Assembly (NCBI GenBank): GCA_963702425.1
Contig: CAVPCQ010000040.1
Span: 75,515-139,514, forward strand
Length of the DNA: 64,000 nucleotides
Direction of reading: 5' to 3'
From: an uncultured Acidobacteriota bacterium
GTDB lineage: Bacteria; Acidobacteriota; Polarisedimenticolia; J045
The translations under genes and the position numbers were made by a program. The notes under the pieces were generated by a model. It was not told the origin of the DNA. It was given only the letters and a program-made list of their open reading frames with translations, and did no database searches. Positions 1 through 10,115 of the stretch are shown here, one piece after another. Numbering within the stretch: the stretch's first letter is position 1; every line of letters starts with the position of its first letter.

Positions 1-3
1 CCC

Positions 4-62
4 GGACAGCGTGGTGGCCGCGGATGGGTCGCCTTGCACCTGGACAGCGTGGTGGCCGCGGA
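4..62. repeat. 21-bp direct repeat, period 38
   Basis: ggacagcgtggtggccgcgga at 4-24 and 42-62 (DSVVAAD twice). Confidence 0.85.
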
Positions 63-843
63 CGGTGCACTGCCAGCGGATTGTGCTGTGCTCGCAGGCA
101 GTCGAACATCCGCGGACGCGCGTCCGCTTGCGGACGGTCCTCTGCCCGCGGAGCGCGGCGCACCACCGCGCCCCCTTTCCGACACCGCCTGGGCCGCTTC
201 GCTGCGCCGCGCTCCCGGCCTTGCGCGCCGCCGCGTGCTCCAGGCCGGACTGCTGGCACTCGAGCCCAGCCCGGACGTTTTCCTCCAGCTCCGCCTGCCG
301 GAGTCGCTCGCCGACGACCTGCTCGCCGCGGTCGAGGCCGCACGGCGCGGCCTGACCGCGCTGGCCGACAGCGTCCCGTGGCAGCTGCCGTGGCCCGACG
401 ACGCAGCCCTCCCCTCCGTCCGTGCCGCCCGGATGTTTTCCGTCCGCGCCCGGCGCGCCCCGGCCTGGGTCGGGCTGCTCGCGCTCCTGGAGGAAGCCGC
501 CTTCGCCTGGGACGACCCACGCGCTTTCCCCGAACGCGCCGCCGACCCGATCTACCGCCGCGACGGCTTCCGCTGCACGGCTCCCGGCTGCACCGCCCGC
601 GCGACGATCGAAGAGCACCACGTCGTCTTCCGCTCGCGTGGCGGCAGCGACGACCCCGCCAACCGCGTCGCGCTCTGCGCCGCCCACCACGCCGCGCTCC
701 ACGAGCACGGCACGCTCGCCGTCGCCGGAAGGGCACCGCTGGGGCTCACCTGGACCGCGGGTTCAGGGCTGGCGGCCCGGCGCTACCGCTGCGAGCGGCG
801 CCTGGCGGCCGCTACCCCAGCGCGCGCAGCTGCCCCGGCGTGA
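34..843 (+). CDS. HNH endonuclease-domain protein (5' part probably outside the window)
   Basis: RRDGFRCTAPGC...EEHHVVFRSRGGSDDPANRVALCAAHHAALH is an HNH/Zn motif near the C-terminus; no convincing start; 3' end overlaps sixA convergently. Confidence 0.75.
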   Translation: MHLDSVVAADGALPADCAVLAGSRTSADARPLADGPLPAERGAPPRPLSDTAWAASLRRAPGLARRRVLQAGLLALEPSPDVFLQLRLPESLADDLLAAVEAARRGLTALADSVPWQLPWPDDAALPSVRAARMFSVRARRAPAWVGLLALLEEAAFAWDDPRAFPERAADPIYRRDGFRCTAPGCTARATIEEHHVVFRSRGGSDDPANRVALCAAHHAALHEHGTLAVAGRAPLGLTWTAGSGLAARRYRCERRLAAATPARAAAPA

Positions 844-1315
844 GGAACCACTGCAGCACGCCGGCCCCTTCCTTCGGCGCCCCGCCGAACTCGATCAGCG
901 CCGCGCCCCCCTTCTTGAACCCGAGGAAGTGCCCCGCATAGCCGCAGAGCCAGAAGGCTGCGGCCTCTCCCAGGTCCGGCTCGTGGCCGACCAGCGCCAC
1001 CGTCTCGGCGGTCCGCTGCCGGGCGAGCCATGCGCTCAGCGTCGCGGGGGTCCCGGACTGCGCCAGCAGAGGCGTCTCGACCGGTTCGAGCCCGCCCCAC
1101 GCGCGCGCCAGGATCTCCGCGGTCTCGCGCGCCCGGACGAGCGGGCTCGTGGCCAGCAGCGTGACCTGCGGCTCGAGTGTCACCAGCCCGCGCGTCACGC
1201 GCTTCATCTTGTCGCGGCCGTCGGCGGTCAGCGGCCGCAGCCCGTCGTCGTCCGAGCGCTTGGCCCAGACCGCACGGTCCTCGGCGATCGCGTGGCGGAC
1301 CAGGATCAGCTTCAT
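812..1315 (-). CDS. sixA: Phosphohistidine phosphatase SixA
   Basis: LILVRHAIAE, TSPLVRARETA, VGHEPDL and FKKGG motifs of the histidine phosphatase superfamily. Confidence 0.88.
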   Translation of the reverse strand: MKLILVRHAIAEDRAVWAKRSDDDGLRPLTADGRDKMKRVTRGLVTLEPQVTLLATSPLVRARETAEILARAWGGLEPVETPLLAQSGTPATLSAWLARQRTAETVALVGHEPDLGEAAAFWLCGYAGHFLGFKKGGAALIEFGGAPKEGAGVLQWFLTPGQLRALG

Positions 1316-1352
1316 CGCGTCGTTCTCCCGCGCCGGTCGGTGACGTCCGGCG

Positions 1353-3296
1353 TCAGTTGGCCTTCTTGCCGGACAGGACCTTTTGCGCTTCGATCCCCTC
1401 CGCCGAGGCGGGAGCCATCTGCACCACCTGTTGCAGATGGGAACGCCCCTCGTCGGTCCGACCCATGGCGATCAGTTCCATCCCCAGGCGCAGGTGGGCC
1501 TTGGGGTAGCGCGGGTTGATCTGGATCGCGCGCTGGAGCTGCGCGACTCCCTCGCCGTAGACGCGCTGCGCGTCCTCCATCCGGCCGTCGCGGCGCGCCT
1601 GCTGCGCCAGGTAGAGCGAGGCCAGCGCCCAGTTGTAGTAGGGCGTCGCGTACTCCGGGTCCTGCTCGAGCGCTCCCTTGAAGTGCTCGATCGCATCCTC
1701 GTAGCGGCCCAGACGGAGGTAGGCCGAGCCCAGGTTGTTGTGCGCCTTGGCCCGCCCCTCGCGGTCGTCGTAGTACTTCAGCGCCAGCGTGTACTCCTCG
1801 ACCGAGGCCTCCGTCTTCCCCTGCGTCGCATAGGCGATTCCGAGGTGCAGGTGCGGGATCCCCTGCTCCGGCGACTTGACCACCGCGTCCTGCCAGAACG
1901 CGAGATCGCTCTGCCAGACCTCGGCCCGCTTGACCGTCGCCGCCGCGGCCGGGACCGCGATCAGCAGCGCCGCCCCGGCGACCAGCCCCTGCTGCAGCAC
2001 GGGCTTCGCGTTCGGCAGCAGCCGTGCGGCCGCCCGCTCGCCGAGGAAGCCGAGCAGCAGCAGCGCCCCGGCGCTGGGGATGTAGAGGTAGCGCTCGGCG
2101 AGCGGCGTTTCGGAGATCGAGAAGAGCGCGATCGCCAGCGAAGGCGCCAGCGCGGCGTAGAACAGCCCGAGCGCGATCCCTTCGCGGCCCCAGCCCGCCT
2201 TCCGATTCCACAGCCAGAGCAGGAACACCGACACCGCGCCGATCGCGAGCCCGGCGAGGATCGCCGGCCAGCCCGGCATCTCGGCCACGAAGGCCGACTG
2301 CGGCGGCGGCCAGAACAGCTTCTGGACGTACCAGCCGAGCGCGGCCGGCAGAGCCTCCGGGCCACCCGAGCCTTTCGACTGGAACGGGCTGCCCGAGGCG
2401 GCCAGCGCGCTGTTGCGGACGATCAGGTAGAGCGCGCCGACGGCCCAGAAGACTCCCCAGCGGACGAGGACCGCACCGAACCCATCGGACACCGCTGACG
2501 GCGCGCCTCCCTTGCCCCCCTTGCCGCCGCGGCCCGCCTTGGTACCCTTCGCCGCGGTGCGCTGCTCGAAGCGCCGCTCGGCACGCGTCTTGACCGCCGC
2601 CTCGCCGCTCAGTCCCTCCCCCGGTCGCGTGAAGAGGTCGATCAGCGGCACCAGCAGCAGCAGCCCGACGCCCGTCTCCTTCGCCAGCATCGCGCCGAAC
2701 GCCGCCGCGCCGGCGGCCAGCAGCCAGCCCAGCTTGAGCGACGCGCGGTGCAGCAGGTAGCAGAGGATCGCGGCCAGGAAGAAGACCGCGCAGACCACGT
2801 CGGACCGGCCCGCCATCCAGGCCACCGACTCGGTGTGGATCGGGTGGACCGCGAAGAGCAGCGCCGCGGCCGCGGAGCCCGCCAGCCCCGCCACCCCTTC
2901 AAACCCGGGTGGCCCCGGCCGGCCGGCGACCTTCGTCAGCACCACCCCCAGCAGGAACACCAGCACCGTCGCCACAGCGTGCCAGAGGATCGGCGTCGTG
3001 TGGTAGACGATCCGGCGCGCGTCGTCGCGCTTCTCGAGCGGCCAGAACGACGCTGCGACCTTCTCGTCGAGCTGGTAGGTCACGATGATCAGCGGCCGAT
3101 AGTAGTTTTCCCCGAACTGCGGGATCCCCCGGGGTGGGAAGAAGACGTTGCTGAAGCTGTCGAAGTACGGCAGCTGCTGCTGGAAGACGATCGGATCGTC
3201 CCAGACGAACTCGTTGTCGCGCGCTCCCCAGAAGACGGCGACGGCCACCAGCGCCAGGACGAGCGCGACGAGCGTGACGAGCGCGGACGGCTTCAC
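1353..3296 (-). CDS. TMTC-like GT-C membrane glycosyltransferase with C-terminal TPRs
   Basis: FVWDD, YYRPL, HPIHTESVAWMAGRSD, AMLAKE, AERYLYIPS, many TM helices, then TPRs (AHNNLGSAY); GTG start at 3296 overlaps the upstream TGA (GTGA). Confidence 0.8.
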   Translation of the reverse strand: MKPSALVTLVALVLALVAVAVFWGARDNEFVWDDPIVFQQQLPYFDSFSNVFFPPRGIPQFGENYYRPLIIVTYQLDEKVAASFWPLEKRDDARRIVYHTTPILWHAVATVLVFLLGVVLTKVAGRPGPPGFEGVAGLAGSAAAALLFAVHPIHTESVAWMAGRSDVVCAVFFLAAILCYLLHRASLKLGWLLAAGAAAFGAMLAKETGVGLLLLVPLIDLFTRPGEGLSGEAAVKTRAERRFEQRTAAKGTKAGRGGKGGKGGAPSAVSDGFGAVLVRWGVFWAVGALYLIVRNSALAASGSPFQSKGSGGPEALPAALGWYVQKLFWPPPQSAFVAEMPGWPAILAGLAIGAVSVFLLWLWNRKAGWGREGIALGLFYAALAPSLAIALFSISETPLAERYLYIPSAGALLLLGFLGERAAARLLPNAKPVLQQGLVAGAALLIAVPAAAATVKRAEVWQSDLAFWQDAVVKSPEQGIPHLHLGIAYATQGKTEASVEEYTLALKYYDDREGRAKAHNNLGSAYLRLGRYEDAIEHFKGALEQDPEYATPYYNWALASLYLAQQARRDGRMEDAQRVYGEGVAQLQRAIQINPRYPKAHLRLGMELIAMGRTDEGRSHLQQVVQMAPASAEGIEAQKVLSGKKAN

Positions 3297-4105
3297 GGGC
3301 GGCCCTCCGGCCCGCGCGGGCGGCGGGCCACGACGATCAGGTTCTCGCCCCAGCCGGCCGGAATCAGCGGCCGCGCGAGAAGCACGGTGGCGATCGTCGG
3401 CAGGCTGAAGATCGCGTATTGCGGCAGCTTCGGCATCCACTTGAGGTACGGCATGTCCCAGGGCCCATCGGAGAAGGCGCGCTCCACGGAAAGCCCGGCC
3501 GCGCGCGTCAGCCGCAGCCAGTCGCCGGCCTCGAGCAGCGAGACGTGCGTCTCGTCCTTGAAGGCGTACCACTCCGGACCGCGAAAGCGCCGGCCCGGCG
3601 AGCGCAGCTCCGGCACCGAGTAGAGCACGGCACCACCCGGTGCGAGCAGGCCGGCGATCCGCGCCAGCGCCTGGTCCGGCCGCGGCAGGTGCTCCAGCAC
3701 GTACTTCGCCAGCACCAGGTCGAAGCCGCCCGCGGCGACCTCCGGCGGCAGCTCCCCCAAGACGTCGGCCACGAAGGTCCGCGAGCGCGGGGCGTTCTCT
3801 TTCGCGCGCCCGACGGCGTAGTCGGAGATGTCCACGCCAACCGTCTCGAACTCCCGCTCGAGCCAGGCCAGCGTGTAGCCGTGCGCGCAGCCGATCTCGA
3901 GCAGGCGCCGGCCGCCGGCCCGGCGCAGCAGGCGCCGCGCGAGCAGCGCGTAGTAGCGCACCGACCACCAGTGCAGGTTGAAGCGCTTCAGCTCGTCCAG
4001 CCCGAACTCGCGCTGGTAGTAGTCCTGCCCGAAGCGGCCCGGGCCCGCGCCAGGTCCCGGATCCGCGCCCGCGCCCGCGCCGGGACCGCCAGCCGGCGCG
4101 TTCAC
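3293..4105 (-). CDS. Class I SAM-dependent methyltransferase
   Basis: LLEIGCAHG, GVDIS, FDLVLAKYVLEHL; GTG start at 4105 overlaps the GT9 stop. Confidence 0.85.
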   Translation of the reverse strand: MNAPAGGPGAGAGADPGPGAGPGRFGQDYYQREFGLDELKRFNLHWWSVRYYALLARRLLRRAGGRRLLEIGCAHGYTLAWLEREFETVGVDISDYAVGRAKENAPRSRTFVADVLGELPPEVAAGGFDLVLAKYVLEHLPRPDQALARIAGLLAPGGAVLYSVPELRSPGRRFRGPEWYAFKDETHVSLLEAGDWLRLTRAAGLSVERAFSDGPWDMPYLKWMPKLPQYAIFSLPTIATVLLARPLIPAGWGENLIVVARRPRGPEGRP

Positions 4106-5318
4106 GGCCGCACCGCTGCGCGCGGTACGCGTCCCGCGACCTCGAGCTGGGCCAGCACCTCGCGCACCACGCGCTCCGGCTCGATCCGCAGCATGCAGAC
4201 GTTCCCCTGGTTGCAGGGCGGCGTGTAGCCGTAGACCGTGCACGGCGAGCAGGGGGCGTCGGCGGCGATGCTGCGGAAGCGGTGGCCGGGCGGGCCCCAC
4301 TTCGACAGAACGCCCGGTCCGAAAAGATGGACCGTGCGGGTCCCGACCGCGTAGGCCAGGTGCAGCACGCCGGTGTCGGCCGAAACGTAGACGTCCACTT
4401 TCGACACGATGGCCGCGGCCTGGGCCAGCGTGCTCCTGCCGGCGACGTCGACGACCAGCTGCCCGGCGAGACGCGCGGCGACGACCGCAGCCGCCTTCAC
4501 GTCCTCCCGCCCGCCGAGCACCGCAATCCCGACCCCCTCGCCGGCGAGGCGCGCGGCAACCTCGGCGTAGCGCTCGGGCGGCCAGCGCCGCTCGGGGATC
4601 GAAGCCCCGGGGTGGATCGCGACCAGCGGCCGGTCGCCGAGCGGTGCGAGCGCCTGGTCGGCGAAGCGGACCGCCTCCGTGTCGAGCGGCAGGAAGGGCT
4701 GCTCGGGATCCCAGTGCGGTTCGCGGCCCGTCGCCCGCCGCGCCAGTTCCAGGAACGAGCGCGCCTCGTAGATCGACTGGTCGTAGGGGAGCGGGTCGGT
4801 CAGCAGCCGGCGGCGAATGTTGGTGCCAAAGCCGATCCGCCGCGGTGCCCCGGTCAGGAACGCTACGATCGCCGACGCGCGGTGGTACTGCTCGGTGTCG
4901 ATGACGATGTCGTAGCGGGTGGCCAGCGCGCGCGGCAGGTCGCCCGGGAAGCGGTCGTAGAGCAGCACGCGGTCGACGAGGCCGAGGCCGCGCACCACGC
5001 CCGCGTTGCGCTTCTCGACCAGCAGGTCGATCTCGGCCTGGGGCCAGGCGCGCCGCAGCTCGGCCAGCATCGGGAGGAACAGCACGGCGTCGCCGATCCC
5101 GCCGGGGCGGATGACGAGCGCCCGGCGCGGCGGCGGGGGGGCGGTGCCGGCCTCTTCCACCTCCGGCCCCGGCGCCGGCCCCCGCCCCCGCCCGGCCCCC
5201 GCGCCGACTCCGGCAGCGGCACCGGCGCGCCGCGGCGCGCGAACGGGGCCAGCAGGGCCGCGATCGGCCAGCCGACGAGAGCGTCGCCGACCTTGAGGAT
5301 GTCCGCCTTGAGACCCAT
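4102..5318 (-). CDS. Glycosyltransferase family 9 (heptosyltransferase-like), apparent frameshift near 5165-5205
   Basis: IRPGGIGDAVL, IHPGASIPERRWP, SADTGVLHLA; the N-terminus MGLKADILKVGD is in another frame across a G/C homopolymer tract. Confidence 0.85.
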
Positions 5319-5437
5319 GCCGGCGCGCAGTTTACTGCGGCCGCCGGGGGGGCGCCCCGAATTGACCGATCGGTGGTCAGGGGGTATCTAAGACTGGTGC
5401 GCGCGAGGCTGTTCACTCCCTTCCGGAGGCCCCTCTC

Positions 5438-6963
5438 ATGAGAAAGCTTCTCTCGGCTGCTGTCGCCCTCGTCCTCTCCGTGACCTTCTCCGCGACCCTC
5501 TCCGCCGCCGGCGACGACTCGGCCCGCCGCTACCGGCCGCAGCCGACACCCGCCCTGGTGTCGACCGCCGCCGTGCCGAAGTCGGTTCCCAACTCGAAGG
5601 GGCTGAAGACGAAGGACAACAACGTCTTCATCAACAGCAACGGCCCCAACGGCGACGCCGCGATCTGGTTCTGCGAACGACAGCATGACCGGCGCTTCGA
5701 TCTACTGGGACGCGGCCAGCACGCGCCTGGAGTGCAGCCACGCGATGGTCGCGATCAGCGGCGACGTCGGCGTGGAAGGCTACGGCAACACCTCGGGTGG
5801 CTACTTCGAGGACAACGACAACAGCGGCTACGCCTACGTCGCGGCCGGCGAGATGGGCATCGAAGGCTACGGCGCGGACGCCGGTGGCTTCTTCGCCGAG
5901 ACCGGCAGCGGCAACCTCGACGGCTACGCCTACCTCGGCACGGTCGACACCGAGGGGCGCTACTTCGGGACGATCGCGTCGGGCACCGGGGCGGGCGGCT
6001 ACTTCATGGACCCGGACGGGGGCGGCGAGGCGTTCGTCGGCGTCGACGACACCGGGATCCTGGGGTTCGGTCCCTACGCCGGCGGGTCGTTCGAGACCTG
6101 GGACCTCGACGGCGACGGCTTCCCCTACGGCGACGCGCAGCTCGGGTACACCGAGGAGTACCAGGAGGGGCCGGCCTACTTCGGCATCCGGGCCGGAGGT
6201 ACCTCCGCGGGCGGCTATTTCGAGGACTACGACTCCGCAGCCTTCGCCGCGGTCGGGATCGATACCTACAAGGTCCAGGGGAGCGGCCAGGTGTCGTTCG
6301 TGCAGAACCACCCCGATCGAGAAGAACAAGGTCATCGTCTACACCGCGCCCGAGGGGGGCGAGGTCGCGACCTACACCCGCGGCAGCGGGAAGCTGGTCG
6401 ACGGCGTCGCGCGCATCGCACTCGACCCGACCTTCGCGCTGGTGACGCACCCGGAGATCGGCCTGACCGCGCACGTCACCCCGCGCGGCGCCTGGAACGA
6501 CCTCTACGTCGAGTCGCTGTCGACCGGCGAGATCGTCGTGAAGAGCCGCGACGCGGCGGCGAGCGGCGCGTTCGACTTCCTCGTCTACGGCCTCCGGATC
6601 GGCTTCGAGGAGACGGCGGTCGTGCAGCCCAAGCGCGCCGAGGCGCCGATTCCGTCGATGGCCAGCCACCGGCGGATGCTCGAGCAGGAGCCCGCCCTCC
6701 GCAGCCAGACCGCGGCCGCGCGGTTCGCGGCGGCGCAGGGTCCGCTCGGCCTGGCCAAGGCGCAGGGCGCGGCGACGCCCGGGGCCGACGCGTTGCGGGC
6801 GGCGATCGGCGAGGGCAGCGCGAAGTCGAGCGCGGCCTCCCGCGCCGGGCAGCCGGCGCGCCCGGCGCGCCCCGTGGCAGCGGCGACGGCGGCCAAGAGC
6901 GCGACGGCGGCCCAGCCGCGGCGCGGCGCGGCGCCGCCGGAGCGGGACGTGGCCCCCGAGTAG
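5438..6963 (+). CDS. Secreted Gly/Tyr-rich protein with a tail-fibre-like C-terminal domain; apparent frameshifts near 5672 and 6313
   Basis: Signal peptide MRKLLSAAVALVLS; repeated G(G)YF units; FVQNHP...VYTAPEGGEVATYTRGSGKLVDG...AHVTPRG...FDFLVYGLRIGFE; three frames join into one ORF. Confidence 0.65.
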
Positions 6964-6969
6964 CCGACC

Positions 6970-7647
6970 TCAGATCCCGAGCAGCCCCGGCAGCTCCGCC
7001 AGGCTGGCGATGCGCACCGCGTCGCCGACATCGGCGTGGATCCCCCACGGGTCGAGCAGCACCGCGGGGATCCCCGCCGCGCGCGCGCCGGCGACGTCGT
7101 AGGCCGGCACGTCGCCGACGTAGAGCGCCTGCTCCGCGCCGGCGCCGAGCCGCTCGAGCGCGATCGCGAAGATCCGCGGGTCGGGCTTGGCGACGCCGAC
7201 GAGGTGCGAGTCGACGACCGTCTCGAGGTAGGCGCCGAACCCCGCGGCGGCGAGGTCCTGCTCGACCTGCCCTTCGGCGTTGCTGACCACCGCCAGCCGC
7301 CGGCCCGCGGCGTGCAGGCGCGCGACGACCTCCAGCGCCCCCGGGATCGGCCGCCGCCACAGCCCGCGCTCGTGGTGCGCGCGCCACAGCGCGTCGAGTG
7401 CCGCGGTGTGCCCCGCCTCCGGCACGCCGACCTCGCCGAGAATCCGCCCGAAGTAGCCGTCCCACAGCGCGCGGCCCGCCACGCCGCGCCCCGCCGCCGC
7501 GGCGCCCCAGACGCGCGCGCGTCCCTCGGCCGCGTCGAGCGTGCTGTCGGCCGGAGCGGCATCGCCTGAGGCACCGGCGGCCGGCAGGTGCCGGCGGAGC
7601 TCGTCGTAGTCGAGCGTGATCAGCGTGCCGCCGGCGTCGAGCAGCAC
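6970..7647 (-). CDS. HAD-family hydrolase
   Basis: LLDAGGTL (motif I), VVSN, KPDPRIF, YVGD..YDVAGARAAG; true start may lie slightly upstream. Confidence 0.85.
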   Translation of the reverse strand: MLLDAGGTLITLDYDELRRHLPAAGASGDAAPADSTLDAAEGRARVWGAAAAGRGVAGRALWDGYFGRILGEVGVPEAGHTAALDALWRAHHERGLWRRPIPGALEVVARLHAAGRRLAVVSNAEGQVEQDLAAAGFGAYLETVVDSHLVGVAKPDPRIFAIALERLGAGAEQALYVGDVPAYDVAGARAAGIPAVLLDPWGIHADVGDAVRIASLAELPGLLGI

Positions 7648-7721
7648 GACCTCCCGGCGCGTGAGATCCGCGCGCGCTGGGGCGCCGCGGCGCTCACGGT
7701 GCGGTACTCACGGCGCTGGAT

Positions 7722-9209
7722 TCACGGCGCAGCGCTGACGGTGAGCTTCGCGTCGCCGGAGAGCTTGGCCTCGGCATAGGTCGTGCCGGCCCGCACCGCC
7801 GAGCGCGTCGCCTGCATCCGGCTCGTGCCCTTCGGCGCGATCTCGCAGCCGCTGGCGCTGACCCCCGGCGGCGGCGCCCCCGACTCGTCGACCCCCTCGG
7901 TCATCACCATGCACGGCGAGGGCAGCACGAGCCGCATCGCGGCCCGTCCGTCGAGCGTCAGCTGCGGGTGCATGCCCCGCGTCAGCACCCGCAGGTCGAT
8001 CTCGGTGTCGGTCGCCTTCAGCTCCGCCTTCCCGGTGACACCGCCGACCGCGATCTTGCCGCCGTTGGCCTTCGCGTCGAACGTGTCCAGCCCCTCGGCG
8101 GAGAACGCGCTCTGGTCGAGCTTGAGCGTCGTGCCGCGCCCGATCGACTTGACCTTCGCGTTGCTCGACTCCTCCAGCGTCAGGTCGAGGGCGTCCTTGA
8201 CCCCCTCGATCTCGACCTCGGCGCCGTCGCGCGCGACGACCTTGGCCCGCCCGGTCAGTCCCTTCACGGACAGCGATCCGCCCTGGAGCTCGGCCGACAG
8301 CCCGCCGGGCAGCTCCTCGACGATCACTTCGCTCGACTCGCCCTTGAAGAAGAGCAGCGCGTTCTCGGTGCCGCTGCGGCGCGCCTCGAGCCGCGCGGAG
8401 ACGCCGCTCAGCTGCACCGTCCCCTGCCATCCCTCGAGCGCGACGTTGGCGCTCTCGGCCTCGCCCTGCAGGCTGCCGCGGCCGCCGTTCACGGTCAGCG
8501 TCCCGCCGTCCATCGTGAAGCGCAGCGCGCCGTCGAGCTCGGCGACCTCGACGTCGCCGCCGTCGCCCTTGAAGCGCACGAGGCCGTGGTGCCGGCTCGC
8601 GACGAGCCGGGCGGAGTTCAGCTCGGCGAGCAGCGGCCCGCTGCAGTCCTCGAAGGTGAAGCGCGAGCCGCGCCCGGCCAGCGAGGCGCCGCTCGCACGG
8701 CTGACCCGCACGTCGGAGTCGTCGACCGCGATCCGCAGCTGCGCGGCCGCCGGGGCGATCGCCGCCTCGTCGAACATCGCGCCCGCGGCCGGGGCCTTGG
8801 CGGGATCTGCCTCCACCCGCCCCTCGACCGTCACCTCCAGCGACTCGCCGTTGATCGTCAGGACCAGGCCCGGCCGCGCGATGATCTTGATCGCGAGCCG
8901 CGGCGCGACGCTCTCCTCGCCGTGCGGCTGGGTGATCGTCAGGACGTTGTCGGCGCGCTCGAGCGTCACGAACCCTTCGGTGGCCGCGCCGTGCTCGAGG
9001 TCCTCGATCAGCAGCTGCGGTTCTTCCTCGGGGTCGAGCACCACCTCGATCCGCCCGCTCCGGATCTGGATCGTCAGCTTGGTGGTGTCGAGCTCGGCGT
9101 CGACGGGAAGCTCGACCCCCTCCCCCCGGGCGGCCGGGAGGGCGAGCAGGAGGGACAGGACGGCCAGGACGGCCGGCACGGCTGGTCTGGAGAGGTTCGG
9201 GCGGCGCAT
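7722..9209 (-). CDS. Secreted DUF4097-like beta-strand repeat protein
   Basis: Signal peptide followed by about 19-aa alternating beta repeats (GDVEVAELDGALRFTMDGG). Confidence 0.6.
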   Translation of the reverse strand: MRRPNLSRPAVPAVLAVLSLLLALPAARGEGVELPVDAELDTTKLTIQIRSGRIEVVLDPEEEPQLLIEDLEHGAATEGFVTLERADNVLTITQPHGEESVAPRLAIKIIARPGLVLTINGESLEVTVEGRVEADPAKAPAAGAMFDEAAIAPAAAQLRIAVDDSDVRVSRASGASLAGRGSRFTFEDCSGPLLAELNSARLVASRHHGLVRFKGDGGDVEVAELDGALRFTMDGGTLTVNGGRGSLQGEAESANVALEGWQGTVQLSGVSARLEARRSGTENALLFFKGESSEVIVEELPGGLSAELQGGSLSVKGLTGRAKVVARDGAEVEIEGVKDALDLTLEESSNAKVKSIGRGTTLKLDQSAFSAEGLDTFDAKANGGKIAVGGVTGKAELKATDTEIDLRVLTRGMHPQLTLDGRAAMRLVLPSPCMVMTEGVDESGAPPPGVSASGCEIAPKGTSRMQATRSAVRAGTTYAEAKLSGDAKLTVSAAP

Positions 9210-9263
9210 GGGCGGAAAGATACCGTCCCCCGGCTTGGGCCGCCCCCCGGAGGGGGTCGGATC

Positions 9264-9886
9264 CTACGAACGCTGGGTGTACTCCTGCTCGATCGCGACC
9301 ACCCGGCGCCGGAACCCCTGGAAGAGCCGCCAGGTCAGGAGGACGCCGACCACGATCAGCAGCACGGCGACGAGCGTCGCGACGACCGCCAGCACCGAGC
9401 CGACCAGCGCCAGGAGGTCCTCGAGGATCGAGAGGAAAGGAGACGCGAGGCCGGCCGTGCTGATCGTCGAGGCCAGCCGGATTTTCGCCTTGGCCGCGTG
9501 AACCCCCGCCGCGACCGGGGAGCCGACGAGCAGTCCGACGATCGTCGCGCTCATCGGCGACAGGCTCTCGAGCGACACGGCCATCACGAGCAGCCCGGCC
9601 AGCGGCCGGACGAAGGTCTGCATCAGGTCGAGCAGGTGATCGACGACCGGGATTTGTCCGCCAGCAGCTCGACGACGACCGCCGTCCCGAAGACGATCAG
9701 CGCAGGGGTCGACCCGATCCAGGCGAAGCCGGAGTTGGGCAGGAAGTGCTCGCCCAGCACGAACTGCGCGACCTCGAACCGCGCCGCCAGGCCGGCGATG
9801 AACAGCGGCACGAAGGCCCGCAGCCCCGCGCACGCGGCGAGCGCGATGCCGGCAAGGACCTGCAGCGGTAGGGCGAGCGACTCCAT
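9264..9886 (-). CDS. DUF4126-family membrane protein, apparent frameshift near 9653
   Basis: GIALAACAGLRAFVPL, ELLADK-IPVVDHLLD, SILED. Confidence 0.8.
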
Positions 9887-10115
9887 CCGGGGCCTCCGGG
9901 AGACCCCTGATTATAGGTCGCCGGTCTCCCGGGCAGCCGCCACCGGGGGCCGAGGGGGGGCGCTCCCCCCCGGGGGGGAGGGGGGGCGCCCGGCGGGGCC
10001 TCCGGAACAAGCCCGAGAAGGGGACGGGTAAGGCGGCCTTCCGGTGTCAAGGTCCCCCCCGGGGGGCCGAAGAGAGTCCGGGGGACGGGCTGCCCGTCCC
10101 GCGGAGTCGTTCCCG

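Noticed and set aside
9940-10070. C7G7 and C7G6 palindromic runs upstream of motA as an element end
   Set aside because: Low-complexity GC runs with no associated transposase or target duplication
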